A stretch of 64,000 nt of DNA from a bacterium. Its GTDB lineage: Bacteria > CLD3 > SB21. The notes beneath the pieces were generated by a model, which saw only the letters and a program-made list of their open reading frames with translations, was not told the DNA's origin and did no database searches. Positions 20,316 to 30,995 of the stretch are shown one piece after another (the first letter of the stretch is position 1; the number at the start of each line of letters is the position of its first letter). Both the position numbers and the translations under genes were made by a program. The stretch spans positions 2,413 to 66,412 of the forward strand of contig WBUR01000022.1 in assembly GCA_008933615.1 (NCBI GenBank). The letters are read 5' to 3'.

Positions 20316-21530
20316 ATGTCCCAGCAGTTTGACATTGGTATTATCGGCGGCGGAATCGTCGGTTTGGCAACAGCTTATCGTCTATCGCAGCAATATCCTG
20401 GTCTAAAAAACGTCATCATTGAAAAAGAAAATCGGCTCGCGGCGCATCAAACAGGCCATAACAGCGGCGTTATTCATTCCGGGCTTTATTATAAACCGGG
20501 TTCGACAAAAGCTTCAACCGCCGTACGTGGCGCTCAAATGATGATTCAATTTTGTGAGGCGAACTCGATTCCATACGATCTGTGCGGAAAGGTTGTCGTA
20601 GCAACGGATGAAAGTGAGTTACCGGCTCTCGACGAACTTTATCGGCGAGGCGTCGCCAACGGCGTCGAGGACCTGAAAATCCTAAGCCGTGAAGAGTTGA
20701 AGGAAATTGAACCTCACGCTGCAGGAATACGCGCCCTGCATGTTCCGCACGCAGGAATTGTTGATTATGCGCAGGTTTCTGAAAAGTTAGGAGAACACAT
20801 TCAGTTAGCCGGCTATCAAATTCTTCTGGGTTCGCGCGTAGTCTCTATTGCAAAGAACTCAAAAAATTGGATCTTGCGAACACCGCATGATGAAATTCAA
20901 GTCCGCTTTATCATCGGATGCGCAGGCTTATTTTCAGATCGCGTCGCACGTATGGGCAGAATAGATCCCATGGTCAAGATCGTGCCGTTTCGCGGCGAAT
21001 ATTACAAGATCAAACCCGATATGGACTACTTAGTAAAAGGACTCATTTATCCGGTTCCCGATCCGCGCTTTCCCTTTCTTGGCGTCCATTTTACCAATCT
21101 CATTCACGGCGGCGTCGAGGCCGGGCCGAATGCGGTGCTGGCATTCAAGCGCGAAGGTTATAAGAAAAGCGATTTCAATTTGATCGATACAATCGAAACA
21201 CTCATTTATCCGGGCTTTCTAAAATTGGCCAAAAAAAATTGGCGTATGGGATTTGGCGAAATGAAGAGGTCGTACTGTAAAACGTTATTTGTCAAAGCGC
21301 TGCAGAAACTGGTGCCTGAAATTAAATCCTCCGATCTGATGACAGGCGGCTCCGGAGTGCGCGCGCAGGCTCTACTGCCCACTGGCAATTTAGCAGACGA
21401 CTTTATGATCATCGCAAGCGCGCATGCCATACATGTCTGTAATGCACCGTCGCCGGCGGCAACGGCTTCGCTTTCGATAGCCGATACCATTGTTCAAAAA
21501 GCAGCCGAATGTTTTAACCTCTTAAATTAA
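20316..21530 (+). CDS. lhgO: L-2-hydroxyglutarate oxidase/dehydrogenase (FAD-dependent)
   Basis: N-terminal FAD-binding motif IGIIGGGIVGLATAY, about 400-aa DAO-family protein with LhgO-like motifs. Confidence 0.8.
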   Translation: MSQQFDIGIIGGGIVGLATAYRLSQQYPGLKNVIIEKENRLAAHQTGHNSGVIHSGLYYKPGSTKASTAVRGAQMMIQFCEANSIPYDLCGKVVVATDESELPALDELYRRGVANGVEDLKILSREELKEIEPHAAGIRALHVPHAGIVDYAQVSEKLGEHIQLAGYQILLGSRVVSIAKNSKNWILRTPHDEIQVRFIIGCAGLFSDRVARMGRIDPMVKIVPFRGEYYKIKPDMDYLVKGLIYPVPDPRFPFLGVHFTNLIHGGVEAGPNAVLAFKREGYKKSDFNLIDTIETLIYPGFLKLAKKNWRMGFGEMKRSYCKTLFVKALQKLVPEIKSSDLMTGGSGVRAQALLPTGNLADDFMIIASAHAIHVCNAPSPAATASLSIADTIVQKAAECFNLLN

Positions 21531-21642
21531 TTATTTTATGTTTTCTTTTTTTATAGAAAGATCATTCAGGTTCGAATGTCCTTGCGCCAAAGTCGAAATT
21601 TCTGATTGAACCATCCGCTAACTAATACGATGTGAGGTTGAT

Positions 21643-22687
21643 ATGATTAAATTTTTTACAATTCTATTATGTTTTGCAACCGCTTATCCTCCCCTGTTTG
21701 CTCAAAAAGATATTCGCGAGGTCACAGAAAATATTGCAGAAACAACGGTTTCGAATTTACAAGCACGATACAACAATAATCCGGGTGCGGTCAGAATCGG
21801 TGTATTTAATCTCGACCGGCAGGTTCTTAATGAAGCAAATCTTACTTACTCCATTTTTGAAAATTATATGACGGATCAGATCATCATTGGATTGATGAAT
21901 AATAAAGAGCGAATTGAGTTTGACGTGGTTGAAAGAGGTTCACTTGAAAAAGTTCTTTTGGAACAGCAGTTGGCCATAAGCGATCTTGTTGATCAAAGTA
22001 AAAGTGTTGAAGCCGGGAAGTTACTGAATGCCAACGTTATACTGACCGGCTCGTATCAGGTATTGCCCGAAAATATTCAAATTACAATGAAGCTAACGGA
22101 CGTTCAAACCGGCAGCCTTATCAGCGTCATGTCCTACGAAATTAAGATTGATAAAAGAGCAGATAATCTGCTTGGCATAAAGGACGAAATGGCCATTCGT
22201 GAAAAAAACCAACAACGACAGAAAGAATTATATCAGCAAAAAAAGGGGCGTTCGCATAGCTTTTTTTGGCGGCGGAATGAGCCTTATGTACCTTAATAGT
22301 TCGGGGAAAACCGATATCGACCATTATGCCGGAACGCTGGACGTATCCTTTGGTTATCGCCGAGTGGTGGCCAGCATTGGTTACGGATATTACTCATACA
22401 AATATAATCTGCGTAATAACCATTATCTTTTGGCTGGACTAAGTATTCGCATTATTTCCTTTTTAAGATTGGGCTATATGGTAGGATTACCGCTTGACAA
22501 GGATAATAGTTTAGGGCAAACCGTCAGCAGCGGGAGTCAAACGGCTCATTATCTCAAATGGACTGTTTTTGAACTTCGCCCATGTGACATTTCCCTGAAT
22601 TATGCCGTGATTAATAAAAGAGCGTTTGCGCAATATTCAAATAATACTAACTTTGAATTTTGGGGCCTTGGCTTAAGTTTTCATTGA
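21643..22687 (+). pseudogene. CsgG/LpoB-like lipoprotein with C-terminal beta-rich domain; reading frame switches at an A7 tract (frameshift or sequencing error)
   Basis: ORF 21643..22296 (signal peptide, CsgG/TolB-N-like domain) ends shortly after the A7 run at about 22233-22240. ORF 22199..22687 continues in the +1 frame with a Gly/Tyr-rich beta-type sequence and has no separate RBS. Confidence 0.4.
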
Positions 22688-22725
22688 CCGGCTTTAGCTT
22701 CTCGGAAAAAACCGCGACATCTGAA

Positions 22726-25700
22726 CTATTTCATCAACTTTATCACCGCCTGCGCAAACTCACCTTGAGGCGCCCTCTGGAGATATTCTTTAAACTGCAT
22801 TTTACTTTCAGCCGGCTGTTTGAGTTCGCGATATACCAACCCCAGATAATAATGATTTGCCGCCGCTTCTTTATCAAGATAACCTCGCTGGCTTTCAACC
22901 GCCTGCTCTAAGTACATTTTTGCATTTTTAAAATCGTTTTTGTGATAATAAATTATTCCGAATAAACCTTTGTACAGAAAATTCGTCGAGTCCTGAAGCC
23001 ATGCCTGTTGTGCAAAATCCATCGCACGTTTCAGATCTTTTCCGGTTTTTACATACAGGCAGGACAATCGGTAAGCCGCAAAATCGAGACTGGGCCGGTT
23101 TTCAATTGCCCTTAAATAGTATTCAATGGCTTCGTGAGGAAGTTCGGCTTCCTCAAAATCCTTGGCGATGTCCGTGTACACGCGTGCTTTGTCAGGAAGC
23201 ATGCCGAGTACAATTTCAAATTGAGCTTTTGACTCTGTCGTTCTGCCCCACTTTTGATACAGAATACCGAGATGACGATAAGCAAAATCGCTATAAATAT
23301 CGTATTCAATGGTTGATTTGAACTCATCTTCAGCCTTTTTGAAATAGGCGTTCGCCGAGTCTTGCTTATTTGTCTTCATCAGGGCAATACCCATTTTGAA
23401 GTGAATCCATCCCATCGTGTCAAAGTAATAAGGATTGCGTTGCGACAATTCGATGGATTTTTGTGATAACTTCTCCGCTTCCGGCAGCCGTATCGCATCC
23501 GTCGCATAGCGCCAGGCCAGGTTATTGTAAGCGCCGTTCTCCTCCGGAAATTTTCGTATGTTCTCATAGAATAGCGAGTCGGCAATTTCCTGCATACCTG
23601 CAGACGTATAGAAATCCGCGTAGATCTGGTCGAGATTGGGCAGCGAAGGATTTGCCGCCTTTACAAAGTCGGCAGCTTCCAAAGATTTTCTGAGCAATGC
23701 CCATTTTTTTTGCGCTGTAAGAAAACGATTATTCACTTCCGTTTGATATAAGCCGCTCAAACTAAGATAATTTCCTATATTCTCTGGTTCGTATCGAATG
23801 GTGAATTGCGCTTGCTCATAAGCTTGTTCAAAATCTCCGGTCTCAGCCAGATAACCGGATAGTAAATTACGCGGGGTCGAAGTGAGCGGATTGATACGAA
23901 TTGCCTGTTTAATCTCAGCAATAGCTTCGTCGTATTTTTTCTGAGCAAAAAGCGCGCTGGCCGTATATACGTAATTAATGATATTTGATTCGTCCAACTG
24001 TTTAGCCTTTTTAGTGATCTGCAGAACTTTGTCATAGTCATTTTGCGAAAGCATCAAGCTTGCACGGCGCAACACTAATTCAATGCTTGTGGGATTCAAT
24101 TGCAGAAGAGTATCGAGAACAGCGGACGCCTGATCGTAATTATCTTTTTGCAGATGAATCAGCATGATCCCTTCCATCGCGCTCTCATAGGTTGGCAAAA
24201 TAGTGAGCGCATCCCGATACTTCGACATAGCTTTTTCATACTGATGTTCCCCTATCGCTTTATCGCCCTGCCATTTTAGTTCAACCGCTTTGCCGGTTGT
24301 TATTGGCCCTTCCGTTACATTGATCTCTTTATCAAATGGAATAATGATCGCACATTCATTTCCGCTCTGCCGCCATTCCTGCAGGAAATCATCATATGAA
24401 ACCGCCTGGTTATTAGCTACTGTCGGGTCATGCATGATGATCTGATGTTTGCTCTCGTCATAACCGATTACCACGACCACATGGCCGTATCCAAATGGCG
24501 TCAGAAAAACCAGAACCGGTATGCCTTGATCAATTCGTTCTTTGAGATCCTCTATCGTTCCGATATAGCCAAAGGACTTATATGTACCCAAACTTCGGGG
24601 ATAAGAAAGGATATCATTGGACTGAGCTCCTGCATAATCGCTTTTAATAACTGAATAAATATCGTCTTGATCTATATAATGGTTATAATAGGACAACACC
24701 ATAGACAGCGATGCAGCCGCGCATTGCGGGCCATGCTGCTTGACATAAGGAATATTTTCAATCACTACTTTTTTTGGCGGCTCCAGCTTCTCAAATTTGA
24801 TATTAGTGAGAACGGCGCTATAGGACGCTTCCTGCAGTTCTGTAGTGGCTTTAAATTCGTTGAACTCTTTTGTCGAAAAATTATTAGAGAGCTTCCGTAT
24901 CAATCGTTTCCCCGAATCAAATTCCAGTTCCGCAACGCCCCGATGTTGAATTGAAATGCGCCCTTGTTCTCCATACCGCGCCGCATCATAACTTCCGGTG
25001 ATGCCATAATATTTTTTTCCATAGGCAATACCGTCGCTGATTTCTTCGAGCTCGGTCACCGCATCAATAGAACCCAGTTTGAAAACGTATTGATTGGATT
25101 TCCACATTTCTCCTTCGTATGTACGTTTTCTTAAGAATGCGCCGTGCAGATCTTCCATGACGGCTATTACAAAACGCGGCAAGGCGTGTGGATCGCTTTC
25201 CAGTAATCCGTAAATATTCGTGACTCCGTATACATCGGACATCCGTAAATATAATCGTTGCCCAATGGAACTCCGTTCTTTGGATGTCAATGCATACCCG
25301 TCGATAGAAATAATATCGAGCGCAAACTCAACCTCACCGTAATCAGTTATATCCTGAACTTGTTCCCGGAAAACGATAGTGAGTTCCCTCGACAGGTCGC
25401 CATTGGCATCAGCCCCGATGAGCGCATCGTTTTTGGATTTTACTTTCAGTGTGTACGTATTCGTCTGGCCGATTCTAAGTGAATCGTCAAAAACAACAAA
25501 CCGATCTCCTACTCCTGCATAATCACTTCCAAGGCCATGGGTTTGCATATCTGAAACGGTTGGGCGAAAATAATCCGGATCTGCGACGATCAACCGATCA
25601 TATGTTTTCACCGCATTGGTCATATCGGATTTATCGGCATATGTTTTTGCAAGGTAGTACATGGCATCAAAATCCAGCGAATCCAATTCCACCGCTTTGT

Positions 25701-27156
25701 TGAAATGCTGTATAGCTTTGTCATGAAAATCGATCTGGGAATATGTAAGGCCCAAATTATAATGAAAGACCTTTTGAATAACGGGATCGGAAGTAAATGT
25801 AACTCCCTTGACAAAAGACGTTTCAGCCAGTTTGTACTTGCCTGTTCGCATCCGCAGCAAACCAAGCTGCATGTATGCTTCGTAATAAGACGAATCAACG
25901 GACAAAGCGAGCTGCAGATAATATTCGGCAGAATCAGGCGATGACGCGCTTGTTCCTTTTTCATAATAGCGATACGCATCTTTATTAATTTTTCCATCTA
26001 TCAACTTTTGAACCGTCACCATATAATCTCTGATATTGACCTGACGATTATCAAGTTCCAGAGAGCGTTGATAATATTCCTTCGCCTTGACCCAGTCCTG
26101 GCGGCGGAAATACAAATAAGCCGTATTGCCATATTCAAACGCGCCCATACGGCCTTGTTGAATTAATTTTTCGTAGTACCCTAATGCTTCTTCATCCTTG
26201 CCCAGAATAAAATTGATCCGGCCAAGTTCAGTCAGGACTAATGTAAAATTCGGCTCGATTCGTATAGCTTCTTTTAAAGAAGACAGGATGATTTCATATG
26301 CTTTTCGTTTATCTTTAACCGCATTTACGAGATCCATTTGCGATCGCGCGTCAAGATAATTGACAAAAGCGTTTTCATTAAATTGGCCCTTCAGGATAAG
26401 CCTGATGAGTCTTGCGTATTCGTTAACAAGATCGTCTTTGAATCCAATGGCCGCCGCTCGGTCAAACTGATTCAGCGCCAGCTCCCACAGCTTCATTCTC
26501 AGAAGACAATCACCGAATTCATAATACACACCAGCCTCGGCTGCTTTACCGGTTTTCACAACGCGGTCATACACCGGTATTGCCCTTGCATAATCCTTTT
26601 CATCGTAATAGAATCGCGCCAGTGATATCCACGAATCAAGACTACTGGAATCAAGCTCTGTGAGCTTCAGAAAGAAGACTTCAGCGCCCGGATCATTCAG
26701 GGCGCGGGCAGTTTCAGCCAGCCATACGACGCCATCTATATTATCCGGATAAGCGGCCGTATACCGCTGTAAACTGATATAAGCGCTTTCATATTCTTCC
26801 GTGTTAAAAAGCGCTTTCCCATACGGCAGATAAAGCTCAGTCATGCGGCTGTCTAATAACAGCGCCTTGCCGTAATTCTCCGCGGCCTTGCGATAAAGGC
26901 CTTGCCCGTCATATACTCTCGCCAGGGCAGCATTGGCCTCGGCAAAGTTATTGTCGATCCTCACAGCTCTCCGATACGCGTCCAGAGCGGATCGCCACTG
27001 GGACATTCCCTTTTTTTCAAAAGACCGGCCTTTTAAGTAGAATTCCTTAGCTGCCTTATTTTGAGTTGACAGCGGAATCGATGTGCAGGAAATCGTCCAC
27101 GATAACGCCAAGACAATAAGCGCTGAAACGTATGACGATGCAATTTTGAATTTCAT
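22726..27156 (-). CDS. very large TPR-repeat lipoprotein with embedded peptidase C39-like cysteine protease domain
   Basis: 1476-aa ORF with lipoprotein signal (...LSWTISC). Dozens of TPR repeats flank a central domain with catalytic Cys (KQHGPQCAAASLSMVL) and His (GYGHVVVVIGYD) in the C39-like arrangement. Confidence 0.85.
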   Translation of the reverse strand: MKFKIASSYVSALIVLALSWTISCTSIPLSTQNKAAKEFYLKGRSFEKKGMSQWRSALDAYRRAVRIDNNFAEANAALARVYDGQGLYRKAAENYGKALLLDSRMTELYLPYGKALFNTEEYESAYISLQRYTAAYPDNIDGVVWLAETARALNDPGAEVFFLKLTELDSSSLDSWISLARFYYDEKDYARAIPVYDRVVKTGKAAEAGVYYEFGDCLLRMKLWELALNQFDRAAAIGFKDDLVNEYARLIRLILKGQFNENAFVNYLDARSQMDLVNAVKDKRKAYEIILSSLKEAIRIEPNFTLVLTELGRINFILGKDEEALGYYEKLIQQGRMGAFEYGNTAYLYFRRQDWVKAKEYYQRSLELDNRQVNIRDYMVTVQKLIDGKINKDAYRYYEKGTSASSPDSAEYYLQLALSVDSSYYEAYMQLGLLRMRTGKYKLAETSFVKGVTFTSDPVIQKVFHYNLGLTYSQIDFHDKAIQHFNKAVELDSLDFDAMYYLAKTYADKSDMTNAVKTYDRLIVADPDYFRPTVSDMQTHGLGSDYAGVGDRFVVFDDSLRIGQTNTYTLKVKSKNDALIGADANGDLSRELTIVFREQVQDITDYGEVEFALDIISIDGYALTSKERSSIGQRLYLRMSDVYGVTNIYGLLESDPHALPRFVIAVMEDLHGAFLRKRTYEGEMWKSNQYVFKLGSIDAVTELEEISDGIAYGKKYYGITGSYDAARYGEQGRISIQHRGVAELEFDSGKRLIRKLSNNFSTKEFNEFKATTELQEASYSAVLTNIKFEKLEPPKKVVIENIPYVKQHGPQCAAASLSMVLSYYNHYIDQDDIYSVIKSDYAGAQSNDILSYPRSLGTYKSFGYIGTIEDLKERIDQGIPVLVFLTPFGYGHVVVVIGYDESKHQIIMHDPTVANNQAVSYDDFLQEWRQSGNECAIIIPFDKEINVTEGPITTGKAVELKWQGDKAIGEHQYEKAMSKYRDALTILPTYESAMEGIMLIHLQKDNYDQASAVLDTLLQLNPTSIELVLRRASLMLSQNDYDKVLQITKKAKQLDESNIINYVYTASALFAQKKYDEAIAEIKQAIRINPLTSTPRNLLSGYLAETGDFEQAYEQAQFTIRYEPENIGNYLSLSGLYQTEVNNRFLTAQKKWALLRKSLEAADFVKAANPSLPNLDQIYADFYTSAGMQEIADSLFYENIRKFPEENGAYNNLAWRYATDAIRLPEAEKLSQKSIELSQRNPYYFDTMGWIHFKMGIALMKTNKQDSANAYFKKAEDEFKSTIEYDIYSDFAYRHLGILYQKWGRTTESKAQFEIVLGMLPDKARVYTDIAKDFEEAELPHEAIEYYLRAIENRPSLDFAAYRLSCLYVKTGKDLKRAMDFAQQAWLQDSTNFLYKGLFGIIYYHKNDFKNAKMYLEQAVESQRGYLDKEAAANHYYLGLVYRELKQPAESKMQFKEYLQRAPQGEFAQAVIKLMK

Positions 27157-27252
27157 GTTACCTCAACATTTAGATAAGAAGCGCGTGCATATTGTACAAA
27201 AAAGGCGACACGGTGTCGCCTTGACGAAGAACGCGCGATGTGAAATATGAAT

Positions 27253-27675
27253 TTATAAAACTCTGAATATGACCGATTGTTCCACGGCACAGTCGCCTTG
27301 GTTTAGCGGAATTTTTACAAATTGCATTTGCAGGAAAATCCCTTTCATACACTCCAGAAAACCAGCATTCTTAGTGCCGTCAAACACGATCGTCACGGAA
27401 TCGACATTTCCGGCTGGCTTGATAACAAAACGAAATCTCACTTTAAATTCCCTCGCTTCACCGGATGTAATATTCCTGCCGTAGCAATTCGCAAAATACT
27501 GCGTCTTTAGATTGACCCGTTCCGCGATCTCGCTTTCCTCTCGTCCTTTGCCGTACACTGCAGGGGCAGTGCAGAAGATACTTAAACTTCCGCTTTGTGC
27601 ATCTTGCGCGTTCGCTATGTCACAACTCGGCAAAAACGCAAACAACAATCCGGCAAAAAGAATAAAGTTATTCAT
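27253..27675 (-). CDS. hypothetical lipoprotein (TonB-C/AgmX-like C-terminal beta domain)
   Basis: 140-aa ORF with signal peptide and lipobox-like ...LPSCD, and a C-terminal region resembling TonB-C-like domains. Confidence 0.5.
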   Translation of the reverse strand: MNNFILFAGLLFAFLPSCDIANAQDAQSGSLSIFCTAPAVYGKGREESEIAERVNLKTQYFANCYGRNITSGEAREFKVRFRFVIKPAGNVDSVTIVFDGTKNAGFLECMKGIFLQMQFVKIPLNQGDCAVEQSVIFRVL

Positions 27676-27687
27676 TCATCCCCATTT

Positions 27688-28251
27688 TTAATTAATTCCT
27701 TCTTCATTGAAAACTAACGCGGTGAAACAGTAAATAACCGTCTCTGGCTTTTTCCATGCGTTTTTTGGCAATCCCGCTTTAATGCAAGTCTGTTCAAGGA
27801 ATGTTTCCCTGTCCCATCGGTATTCCGTAGCAACTTGCGGAAGCAATAAGCCATGGTGGAACCCGCTCTCTATCAAGAGCCCGTGTTGACCGGGCAAGAT
27901 ACTTTCGACATCTTTGACTTTTTTCATCGGCGATAATACGCTGATTTCAATTTCGATGTTCCCTAATTCACCAACCGTTAATGGGCTAAAACGATTATCA
28001 TGCAGAGCAGCTGATACAGCGGCCTTACTGACCGTCTCGGCAAGCGGTTCGTTGCTTTGGATATAACCCACACACCCGCGCAGGTGCTGATCAATCTCGA
28101 TTGTGACAAAGGCTCCTGCTTTTATTTCTAACGAAGGAGAAATAGTGTAGCTTGCCGCCAAATCCGGTACCGGCACTCCTTTCACGGACGATACAATCGA
28201 TTGCCGTGCGATGTCCAGTAAAAGTTTTTTTTCTTCAGCAGATAAATTCAT
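27688..28251 (-). CDS. AMMECR1 domain protein
   Basis: 187-aa ORF with conserved GCVGY motif and AMMECR1 family length. Confidence 0.85.
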   Translation of the reverse strand: MNLSAEEKKLLLDIARQSIVSSVKGVPVPDLAASYTISPSLEIKAGAFVTIEIDQHLRGCVGYIQSNEPLAETVSKAAVSAALHDNRFSPLTVGELGNIEIEISVLSPMKKVKDVESILPGQHGLLIESGFHHGLLLPQVATEYRWDRETFLEQTCIKAGLPKNAWKKPETVIYCFTALVFNEEGIN

Positions 28252-28277
28252 ATGTAGTTGAAATATAAGTCTGAAGA

Positions 28278-29135
28278 CTACTGATTATCAACTTTTTCCA
28301 ATAAGTTTTTTTTTACAATCTCGATGGGCATGATTCGCTCAGTCCACAAATAAAATGCCGCCGCTGCTTGTTCAACCAACATGTCGAGTCCGTTGATCGC
28401 AACTGCTCCGGAAACGTGCGCATACTGCAAAAACAGCGTTTTTATCGGATCGTAAATAAGGTCATAAACAATCATTTCGGAATCAAAAAAATCAGGCTCA
28501 ACGAGGCATTCTTCCGAAGCTAACCCTACCGACGTTGTATTGACGATGACTTTGGACCCAAGTTTTGGCCATTCATCTGACGAAACAAACCGCAGTGGAA
28601 TTTCAGGCCTTATGGATGCAAAGTCACTGATCAATCGCAACGCGCGTTCTTGAGTGCGGTTGTAAATAAAAATTTCGCCGACATCATAATTATTTATTAA
28701 TGCATATATCACAGCCCGTGCGCTGCCGCCTGCGCCTAGAACCAACACTTTCTCATTTTCAATATTTTTTCGGAAGGGCTCCATTGATTTTGTAAACCCT
28801 ACGACGTCCGTGTTATAACCGATCCATTTACCGCGCTTTTGGACAACCGTATTCACAGAACCGATCAATTTTGCCTCAAACGAAACTTCATCCAAATAGC
28901 CGGTCACAGCAACTTTGTGTGGAACGGTCACACTGAACCCGGCAACGCCAAGCGCTTTAAATCCGCTTAGAGATCCTCTGAGATCGAGACTATCAAACGC
29001 CAGAAAAACGGCATTGATACCTGACAATTTAAATGACGTATTGTGAATAAGCGGTGAAAGGGAATGTCGGATTGGAGAACCAATGAGGGCATATAATTGA
29101 GTAGAACCATTAATTTCAATTGAAGAATCAGTCAT
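28278..29135 (-). CDS. aroE: shikimate dehydrogenase
   Basis: YALIGSPIRHSLSPLIHN substrate-binding motif and GAGGSARA Rossmann motif. Confidence 0.9.
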   Translation of the reverse strand: MTDSSIEINGSTQLYALIGSPIRHSLSPLIHNTSFKLSGINAVFLAFDSLDLRGSLSGFKALGVAGFSVTVPHKVAVTGYLDEVSFEAKLIGSVNTVVQKRGKWIGYNTDVVGFTKSMEPFRKNIENEKVLVLGAGGSARAVIYALINNYDVGEIFIYNRTQERALRLISDFASIRPEIPLRFVSSDEWPKLGSKVIVNTTSVGLASEECLVEPDFFDSEMIVYDLIYDPIKTLFLQYAHVSGAVAINGLDMLVEQAAAAFYLWTERIMPIEIVKKNLLEKVDNQ

Positions 29136-29159
29136 GCTCAGAATCAGATCCGATCAGAT

Positions 29160-29963
29160 TTATGGCAAAAGGGCTTGGTTGTTTGAAAAAACATCCTCGT
29201 TTACTTGATCTAATATTTTAATTTTTTCCGTTTTGATCGTTCTGTTTTTCCTCATATTCTGTTTTTCCGTAGAAAATTTCATGGCGCCGTACGGCTTCCA
29301 GTTTTTCCAATAATACGATCCGTCTTCCGAGTCCTGAAGAAAAAATCTCCATTGGTCCATCAGGTATGTTTCCGGATTGATGAAAGCCCAATACTGATCC
29401 TTTGGCGTGAGGCCAACCTGATCGAAAGTCAGATGCAACGTTTCATAATTAATTCCGGACGCAGAATCCTTTTGCAGGCCGTTATAGTTCAGCGTAACGC
29501 CGGGATCCCTCAATTTCCACGGCATGATGATCCAGTACGTATCGTTAATGAAACGGTTGTAACCGTACTGAAGTTTATCCTCCGCCTCTTTTGCATCCAA
29601 CAATTTACCGTCAACGTACGCCCGCCCCCTTTTCTTATTAATGTCCTCATACAGCATACAATAGGATTTTCCATCTCTCATTTTTCCCTGCACGCGGTAG
29701 CGTCCGGTGAATTTATCCCATACATGCTGATGCCTTGAGACTTCCTTCCCGTCTGCTTCAACAACAAAATCAAACCTGAAATAACGCGTTTCATTCCATG
29801 CGTTTAGACCGCCCATCGCGTTCATCATACGGTCGGCAAGTTCCAGAGCCTTATTATCAGTGGTATTGCCTTTTCCTGCGGTTTCATTTCTCGATGGCGT
29901 CGATTGTTTGGTTCCGCAGGCGCTCACGAAAAGAATCAAAATATAAATAAATCGAATATTCAT
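29160..29963 (-). CDS. hypothetical lipoprotein
   Basis: 267-aa ORF with signal peptide plus lipobox (LFVSACG) and no recognisable catalytic motif. Confidence 0.6.
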   Translation of the reverse strand: MNIRFIYILILFVSACGTKQSTPSRNETAGKGNTTDNKALELADRMMNAMGGLNAWNETRYFRFDFVVEADGKEVSRHQHVWDKFTGRYRVQGKMRDGKSYCMLYEDINKKRGRAYVDGKLLDAKEAEDKLQYGYNRFINDTYWIIMPWKLRDPGVTLNYNGLQKDSASGINYETLHLTFDQVGLTPKDQYWAFINPETYLMDQWRFFLQDSEDGSYYWKNWKPYGAMKFSTEKQNMRKNRTIKTEKIKILDQVNEDVFSNNQALLP

Positions 29964-30078
29964 TAAACTCTATTTTTGAGTGTCACAACTCGGTTAAAAA
30001 AACGATTAGCCACGAATCCACACAAATTTCCACAAAAAATTCAAATTCGTGAAAACTTGTGCCGTTTGTGGCTAATAA

Positions 30079-30858
30079 TTACTTCTGAGTCTTGATCTTT
30101 GCTTTTTGCGTCAGCAGGTAATCTTCGTCCACCGTCTGCCATTTAACGCCGTAAGATCCGAGTGACGTTACGTCATATAATAGAAAAAATTTTCCGTTTT
30201 TCATTTTAAAAATCTGCACCTGCAGTACTTTTTCATCGGAATCGTTCGTTAAATTATCAAATATAGAATATCCGCGTAATTCTGCGGGAGTGATTTCAGG
30301 ACCAAGATCCTCGTCAAGAATGTACGGAACAAGCTCGTTGTTAAAAGAATACTCCTCGTATTTGGTAAAACTGGAACCTGCAAATCCTCCGCCGACCATG
30401 CCGCCTAAAATTACTGCCATGGAAAGAGGATGGGCCATAGCCGCAGCCCCGCCCTCGCTGGATGCCGCTGAACCTACTGCATAACCTCCGGCAATCCCCA
30501 AAACACCGCCGATCACCGAGCCCCAGATAATTTTCTTCTTCTTATTGTGATCTCCGGAAAAAACAATTTTTGAAATGACTTCAACGGGCAATTCGGCATT
30601 TTGTCCGTTCTGCGAAACCACCAATTTATCATTTGAGGCGCTCATTATTTTCGTCTCAAAGTCAACATTGGCTATGAATACCGTTACGCGGGCATGCGTC
30701 TTGTTTTCTTTATTCGCCTGCCAATCCGCTTGATTGAGCATCTGGCTGCGCGGTCCGCAACTAATAACCAGAATCGTAAACAATAAAAACGCTAAGCCTC
30801 TAAGGAGATTTTTTGGCAACATGACTTGAACTCCGGGTAAGTTTATCATTGAAAACAT
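30079..30858 (-). CDS. hypothetical lipoprotein/membrane protein with glycine-zipper segment
   Basis: 259-aa ORF with N-terminal signal/TM and a GxxxG-rich glycine zipper (GSVIGGVLGIAGGYAVGSAA...GGMVGGGFAGS). Confidence 0.55.
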   Translation of the reverse strand: MFSMINLPGVQVMLPKNLLRGLAFLLFTILVISCGPRSQMLNQADWQANKENKTHARVTVFIANVDFETKIMSASNDKLVVSQNGQNAELPVEVISKIVFSGDHNKKKKIIWGSVIGGVLGIAGGYAVGSAASSEGGAAAMAHPLSMAVILGGMVGGGFAGSSFTKYEEYSFNNELVPYILDEDLGPEITPAELRGYSIFDNLTNDSDEKVLQVQIFKMKNGKFFLLYDVTSLGSYGVKWQTVDEDYLLTQKAKIKTQK

Positions 30859-30995
30859 ATCTATTCGTTATAGTCCGCAAGAATCAATCACCACCGTTAC
30901 AAAATTCTTGGATTGCTGTGTCATCCAGTTGTATTTCGCAAAATCTTCTTTTCTCTGTGCACTCCGTTTCTCCGTGGTAAGTGTTTGCATTTCGT

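Noticed and set aside
20123-20335. 70-aa minus-strand ORF between secD and lhgO
   Set aside because: It lies in the divergent promoter region, overlaps the lhgO start, has no RBS and has AT-rich low-complexity translation.
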